From positions 1 through 34,588 of the IMG/VR virus record IMGVR_UViG_3300020043_002535: DNA of 34,588 nucleotides; one strand, given 5' to 3'. A model generated the notes under the pieces. It ran no database searches. It was not told the origin of the DNA and was given only the letters and a program-made list of their open reading frames with translations. Source of the stretch: a virus. Taxonomy: Duplodnaviria > Caudoviricetes. Positions 34,249 to 34,588 of the stretch are shown here, one piece after another (within the stretch, counting starts at the first letter, position 1; each line of letters starts with the position of its first letter). The position numbers and the translations under genes were made by a program.

Positions 34249-34588
34249 AAGCAACCAGATTCAAATAAATAAACTTTACACTGAAAATTGTCTTAATACT
34301 TTAAAACGTATGCCTGATAAGTTTGTAGACTTAGTTGTTACTTCACCACCTTACAATATGCGGACAAGGATAAGAAATGGTGAATATACTACAAGAGAAA
34401 AAAGCGAACATTTTAGTAAAAAGTATAAGCATTTTAGCGATGATTTACCCATTGATGAATTTTATTTATTTCACACTAAAGTTCTAAATGAATTATTAAG
34501 AGTATCAAAAATCATTTGCTATAATTTTCAAATTGTAACTGGAAGCAAAGAGGCATTTTTTAAAATAATTGGGGATTTTAATAAAGAC
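34235..34588 (+). CDS. N-terminal part of the junction-spanning DNA methyltransferase
   Basis: Manual translation MSLYKSNQIQINKLYTENCLNTLKRMPDKFVDLVVTSPPYN...; open to the end of the window. Confidence 0.9.
   Translation, partial: MSLYKSNQIQINKLYTENCLNTLKRMPDKFVDLVVTSPPYNMRTRIRNGEYTTREKSEHFSKKYKHFSDDLPIDEFYLFHTKVLNELLRVSKIICYNFQIVTGSKEAFFKIIGDFNKD
34468..34588. repeat. Second copy of the 121-bp terminal repeat
   Basis: Identical to positions 1-121. Confidence 0.95.

Noticed and set aside
1-34588. Stop-codon reassignment, tRNA genes, introns or inteins
   Set aside because: Core genes are full length in the standard code, all three stop codons end genes, and I saw no cloverleaf or splicing motifs.

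Overview
This window is an apparently complete, circularly assembled genome of a tailed dsDNA phage, probably siphovirus-like. The unit length is about 34,467 bp, because bases 1-121 repeat exactly at 34468-34588. Every credible gene lies on the + strand, and most are translationally coupled. A Bacteroidota host is inferred from repeated TAnnTTTG promoter elements, A-rich start regions without Shine-Dalgarno sites, a BT4734-PriCT-VapE primase and an SSB-like acidic tail. Modules in order: a DNA methyltransferase spanning the junction; PD-(D/E)XK nuclease, SF2 helicase, primase-helicase, iteron-like origin and VRR-NUC; ParB-methyltransferase; terminases; a tail module placed before the head genes; a glycosyltransferase and methyltransferase pair; portal, minor head, scaffold and capsid; neck and fibre genes; lysis; and early genes. 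I recognised no integrase, repressor, DNA polymerase, tRNA or CRISPR array. The most striking feature is a three-gene block between the holin and spanin that includes a PAS + HisKA (DHp) protein with no ATPase domain, a candidate signal-responsive lysis or host-signalling module. Other leads are a possible virion glycosylation pair, Cys-rich shell proteins, a candidate small RNA and structured leaders before the capsid and tail-tube genes. All family assignments come from motif recognition by eye; no database searches were run.
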